Source: Candidatus Falkowbacteria bacterium (GTDB taxonomy: Bacteria; Patescibacteriota; Patescibacteriia; Patescibacteriales; WJLG01). Taken from it: DNA of 64,000 bases. Both the position numbers and the translations under genes were made by a program. The notes below the pieces were generated by a model, which was given only the letters and a program-made list of their open reading frames with translations, was not told where the DNA came from and did not search any database. The stretch covers positions 17,296-81,295 of the forward strand of contig CAVVFV010000003.1 of the NCBI GenBank assembly GCA_963747695.1, in the 5' to 3' direction. The stretch's first letter is position 1. Each line of letters begins with the position of its first letter. Shown here one piece after another: positions 60,363-64,000 of the stretch.

Positions 60363-60722
60363 TTAGCCAATCTGCTGCAACCCTTTAACGCACGACTGGC
60401 TCAATTTTCTCCCCGATTGCGGAGTAAAGATCAACAAATCGTCGCCATCGATATGCCTGATGCCAAAGTTGCCTTCGCCAGGAAACCCGAATTGGCAATG
60501 CTTAAGATTGAACCGGAATTCCTTATTCTCGACCAGTGTCCAGGACGCGGAGTAATTCCGATAACCGCCGTCGTTCCTGGCCAACCAATCAAATTCGATG
60601 ATCACGTCATCGTCATCGACCTCGGCCGATCTGATCGGACCGCGGTACACCAGATCATTGCGAAAATCTTCAATTTCAAACTCGCCGCCGATATATCGCT
60701 GAATTATCTCTTTCATACCCAT
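60363..60722 (-). CDS. Hypothetical protein
   Basis: 119-aa ORF with an SD (ctggaggcgaatATG). Confidence 0.5.
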   Translation of the reverse strand: MGMKEIIQRYIGGEFEIEDFRNDLVYRGPIRSAEVDDDDVIIEFDWLARNDGGYRNYSASWTLVENKEFRFNLKHCQFGFPGEGNFGIRHIDGDDLLIFTPQSGRKLSQSCVKGLQQIG

Positions 60723-60946
60723 ATTCGCCTCCAGATTTTATAATGATCAATCACAATTTGACTTAATAATATCTCATTACCGATGAGTTTAGTCAATGGC
60801 GCAAAAAAATTCGAGAAAACTCCGTCATTTTTAGGCCGCCTAAATTTTTCGCAAAATTTGCGCTAACCGACTTGACCAAATCGCAATTTTTAGATAGATT
60901 GAAATGAAAACCTGTCCTTTGATAATCCACCTTTTCGAGGAGCTGA

Positions 60947-62425
60947 ATGATGAAACCATTCCGTCACGTCCTTTCAGTCAATGATTTTTCCGGAAAAGAT
61001 TTGCTGGAAATCGCCCGCCAGGCTGTTGCGATCCACGATGGCAAGAAAAAAATTGCCAAAAGCCGGCGGCGGGAGAAAGCATCGCTCGCCATCTTTGAAC
61101 CGAGTATCCGGACCATTTCCTCTTTTCATGAAGCTTGCCTGCGGCTGGGCTGGGACATTTTCCAAGTACCGCCCGCTGACAAGACTTCGCTGACTAAAGG
61201 AGAGACGATCTGGCGCTTGGCCAAGAACCTGTTCGACACTTCCACGACTACGCTGATCCTGCGCACCGAGATCGAAGGCGCTCAGCGTTTCATCGCCCAC
61301 CGCGCCGAACAATTAGGCTATGACATCAGCGTCATCAATGCCGGCGACGGCCGCCAGGAACATCCCACCCAGGCCATGCAATTTGCAGCGACTGTTCTGA
61401 AACGCGTCGGCCGCTTGATCGACTTGAAGTATGGATTTTTCGGCGATCTGAAGAATGGCCGCGTTCCTCATTCGGAAGCCATCCTGATCAACAAATTATG
61501 CGCCGAACTTTTCACCGCCTCCGACCAGCAATCATCCCTGCCGGATTACTTCAAAAGATTATTCGGCCATCGCTTTCATGAAAGCGACCAGCTGGAAAAT
61601 CTCAAATCCTGCCACGTCATCACCGGTTTCCGAACCCAGACCGAACGGTTCGGAAATGACCTGCTCGCCTTGCAAAGAGCCCAGGGAAAATACCGCATTA
61701 CCGGCGATAATATCGACATATTCAGGAAAGACGTGATCATCTGCCATCCCCAGCCTTATAACTCCGAATTCTCCCTTGAATTGGAAAATGATCCGCGGTT
61801 AGCCCTGAGTTTGGAAGTCAGGATGGGCGTCGCCACCAAAACTCTGCTTTTAAGCGAAGCACGGGAAAATCGCAACCTTACTAATTTCGATCACGTTAAC
61901 GAAAATTCGATCGAGATCGCCAAGGGGCCGATGCCGGTAAAAGAATATCTAAAAGAAAGAAGGAAAAAAGGCAAGAAAGAAACGCTCTATGGAATGATCA
62001 CGGACGAAGGCGTAATGGTCGATCATATTCAAGCCGGTCTGGGCATTGTTTTCCGGAATTTCCTCATCAAAAACGGAGTAATCCGCGGAGAAGGCGCGGC
62101 CGGATTCTTCGGCGATTGCAATTCCCCCACCATGGGAAAGAAAGACATACTTATCCTCCACGATGTCCACATTTCTGATAAACTAATGCTGGCCATGTCC
62201 GCCCTTTGTCCCTCGGTCACCTTTAATGATGTAAAGGACGCGCGGTACATCCAGTATAAAGTCAAGGCTTCACCAATTGCCGTCGGCTTTGGGAAATGCG
62301 GCAATACCGCCTGCATCACCAACAATTGCGCCGGCGAATGCCCGACCGAGTTCATCAACGAAGCGGATGCGTTGCGCTGCTGCTATTGCGGCATCAGCTT
62401 CCCGCATCGCGAAGTTCTTATCTAG
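60947..62425 (+). CDS. Aspartate-carbamoyltransferase-like catalytic domain fused to a PyrI-like regulatory/Zn domain
   Basis: 492-aa ORF. N-part: FEPSIRTISSF (divergent STRTR), LILRTE, HPTQ, GDLKNGRVPHS, RTQTERF, HPQPY. C-part: VMVDHIQAGLG..., and a Cys cluster CGNTACITNN...CCYCG like the PyrI Zn domain. Confidence 0.7.
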   Translation: MMKPFRHVLSVNDFSGKDLLEIARQAVAIHDGKKKIAKSRRREKASLAIFEPSIRTISSFHEACLRLGWDIFQVPPADKTSLTKGETIWRLAKNLFDTSTTTLILRTEIEGAQRFIAHRAEQLGYDISVINAGDGRQEHPTQAMQFAATVLKRVGRLIDLKYGFFGDLKNGRVPHSEAILINKLCAELFTASDQQSSLPDYFKRLFGHRFHESDQLENLKSCHVITGFRTQTERFGNDLLALQRAQGKYRITGDNIDIFRKDVIICHPQPYNSEFSLELENDPRLALSLEVRMGVATKTLLLSEARENRNLTNFDHVNENSIEIAKGPMPVKEYLKERRKKGKKETLYGMITDEGVMVDHIQAGLGIVFRNFLIKNGVIRGEGAAGFFGDCNSPTMGKKDILILHDVHISDKLMLAMSALCPSVTFNDVKDARYIQYKVKASPIAVGFGKCGNTACITNNCAGECPTEFINEADALRCCYCGISFPHREVLI

Positions 62426-62432
62426 TTGAGCA

Positions 62433-62458
62433 AACGGACCACCCCGGTCCGTTTTTTT
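62433..62458 (+). terminator. Intrinsic terminator
   Basis: AACGGACC-acccc-GGTCCGTT followed by ttttt. Confidence 0.8.
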
Positions 62459-62528
62459 CATTGACAATCGATTAAATCATTGTTATATTTTTCTAATTGC
62501 TCATTTCACAATCCAGAAAGGAAATCTT

Positions 62529-63500
62529 ATGAAACCGATAATATTTATCGACGGTGACCATGGTACGACCGGCTTAAAAATCCGCAAGCGGCTAAGTGGA
62601 CGGTCTGACCTCAATATCATCAAGATCGATCCCAAAAAAAGAAAAGATTCGGAAGCGAAGAAAAAATTCTATCGCGATACTGAAATCGATCTGGCAATTC
62701 TCTGTTTACCTGATGACGCGGCCCGGGAAGCGGTGGGATTTATCGATCAGCGGCGGACGAAGATATTCGATTGCAGTAACGCGCATCGCTGCGAACCAGG
62801 CTGGACCTTCGGACTGCCGGAACTGCTCCAAAAAGGGCGCGGCTATGAAAAATACCGGAAGTTGATCAAGACTGCCAATTGCGTCAGCGGCGCCGGCTGC
62901 CACAGTGCAGCAGTGCTACTGATGCTTAATCCGCTTTCGGTTTCGGGTCTGATCGATCCGTGGCTGCCGGTCTTTTGCTGGTCGATCAGCGGGTATAGCG
63001 GTGGCGGCAAGGAAATGGTCAAAAAGTATCGATATCTGCCGCACAAATCAGCGGTTGAAGTATGCTGCCGCGAAATCAGTCTGAATGCCCGACACAAGCA
63101 TCTGCCGGAAATGCAAAAATATTCATTTCTGGAGCGGGAACCGATATTTCTCTCTTTTGTCGAAAAGAAGGTATACCAAGGAATGAAAGTCGGCGCGGCG
63201 CTGGTCAGCGATAATCGCGGCTTCTTTACTGCTGAAATGATCCGCTCCGAATTGGAAAAAACCTATCGGGGAGAGAAATTCATCAGAATTGCCAGCCGCG
63301 AAGAAACAGAAAAAATCGGTGACGAACTTTCGGCTCGGGCGCTCGTTAATACCAACCGGGTGGTTATCCACGTTTACGGCAAACCCGGAGTCATAAATAC
63401 CGTGGCTCTGCTGGATAATCTTGGTAAAGGTTCATCGGGCAACGCTGTCCAGTGCGCCAATCTGATGCTGGGACTTGAAGAAGCAACCGGCCTCATCTGA
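62529..63500 (+). CDS. argC: N-acetyl-gamma-glutamyl-phosphate reductase-like (short, type-2 ArgC form)
   Basis: 323-aa ORF: IFIDGDHGTTGLKI, active-site-like GAGCHSAA, SGYSGGG, and C-terminal LLDNLGKGSSGNAVQCANLMLG. Confidence 0.75.
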   Translation: MKPIIFIDGDHGTTGLKIRKRLSGRSDLNIIKIDPKKRKDSEAKKKFYRDTEIDLAILCLPDDAAREAVGFIDQRRTKIFDCSNAHRCEPGWTFGLPELLQKGRGYEKYRKLIKTANCVSGAGCHSAAVLLMLNPLSVSGLIDPWLPVFCWSISGYSGGGKEMVKKYRYLPHKSAVEVCCREISLNARHKHLPEMQKYSFLEREPIFLSFVEKKVYQGMKVGAALVSDNRGFFTAEMIRSELEKTYRGEKFIRIASREETEKIGDELSARALVNTNRVVIHVYGKPGVINTVALLDNLGKGSSGNAVQCANLMLGLEEATGLI

Positions 63501-63506
63501 CAACAA

Positions 63507-63541
63507 AGGCGGGTGGAAAATTCCACCCGCCTATTTTTTTT
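63507..63541. terminator. Bidirectional terminator between argC-like and miaA
   Basis: AGGCGGGTGG-aaaatt-CCACCCGCCT followed by atttttttt. Confidence 0.8.
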
Positions 63542-64000
63542 CCCAAAATTCTTTGATCATTTTTTCGGCCTCAGTCTGATCAGTCAGCCAATTTATCTTC
63601 CGCTTCTTTTCCCAGCGTTTGAACCAGGTCAGTTGTTTTTTGGCGAATTGATTACTGGCGCGATCCAATAATTCCACCATCTGGTCATATTCGATTTTTT
63701 CCTGGATGTATTGGGAGATGAATTTATATTCTAGTCCGAATGATTCTAAGCGCTCCCAACTTAATCCAGCCTTGTCGTGCAGATCGCTTACCTCCTGGAT
63801 CAGATTTTCTTTTTCCAAACGATCGATCAAGCGGCGATGGATCCGCTCGGCCAAAACTTCTTTGGGCCAAGTAAGCCCCAAGAGCAGGAAATCGTAATTA
63901 TGGTCATGACTCGGAATCGACGGTTGAGTAATCGAGACCGGTTTCCCAAACACTTCCAAATATCTGATCAGGCGGCGCTGATTATTTTTGTCGCTATTAT
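63531..64000 (-). CDS. miaA: tRNA dimethylallyltransferase, C-terminal part (gene continues beyond window)
   Basis: The frame stays open to the window edge. Own translation upstream of the ORF-track start gives NSDKNNQRRLIRYLEVFGKP, matching the MiaA RRxIRALEV block. Downstream: ERIHRRLIDRLE...QFAKKQLTWFKRW. Confidence 0.85.
   Translation of the reverse strand, partial: NSDKNNQRRLIRYLEVFGKPVSITQPSIPSHDHNYDFLLLGLTWPKEVLAERIHRRLIDRLEKENLIQEVSDLHDKAGLSWERLESFGLEYKFISQYIQEKIEYDQMVELLDRASNQFAKKQLTWFKRWEKKRKINWLTDQTEAEKMIKEFWEKK

Overview
The window reads as part of a small, streamlined bacterial genome. Gene content and repeat style suggest a Candidate Phyla Radiation/Patescibacteria-type organism, but that is inference only. 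The genetic code is standard, with TGA used as a stop.

The housekeeping backbone includes gyrB, a SEDS protein, L25, prmC, prfA, L31, greA, lysS, serS, xerC/D-like, L27, pyrG, ctpA-like, tsaC, metG, rsmI and secE-nusG-L11-L1. It also holds a dCMP-deaminase/dcd/thyA/folA thymidylate block, gatB, an ABC-F ATPase and miaA. A surface-glycan block (flippase, GT4, GT2, O-antigen-ligase-like) is present as well.

Between these sit accessory segments:
- An AT-rich three-gene operon at 32194-34951: EcoRI-family N6-adenine methyltransferase, DUF262(ParB-like)+HNH nuclease, and a single-pass membrane protein. It looks like an uncharacterised restriction/defence module.
- A 28-bp dif-like Xer site plus a half-site that bracket a one-gene cassette next to the xer gene.
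- Three tandem paralogous secreted Cys-containing proteins.
- A repeat-bounded two-ORF island containing a ParB-like nuclease-fold protein.
- A PyrB-PyrI fusion-like carbamoyltransferase next to an ArgC-like reductase.

Two GC-rich, ORF-poor, helix-dense regions (7699-8397 and 49943-50586) share collinear sequence blocks, including a compensatory stem. They look like paralogous copies of a large structured RNA I cannot assign to a known class.

Intergenic DNA is organised into 7-8-nt periodic word arrays, a ~90-bp dispersed repeat and REP-like palindromes, one of which is inserted in frame in dcd. Core genes lack Shine-Dalgarno motifs, while orphan genes carry strong ones plus TTGACA-17-TAnnnT promoters.

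I saw no rRNA, tRNA or CRISPR array. All family assignments come from reading motifs in the translations; no database search was run.
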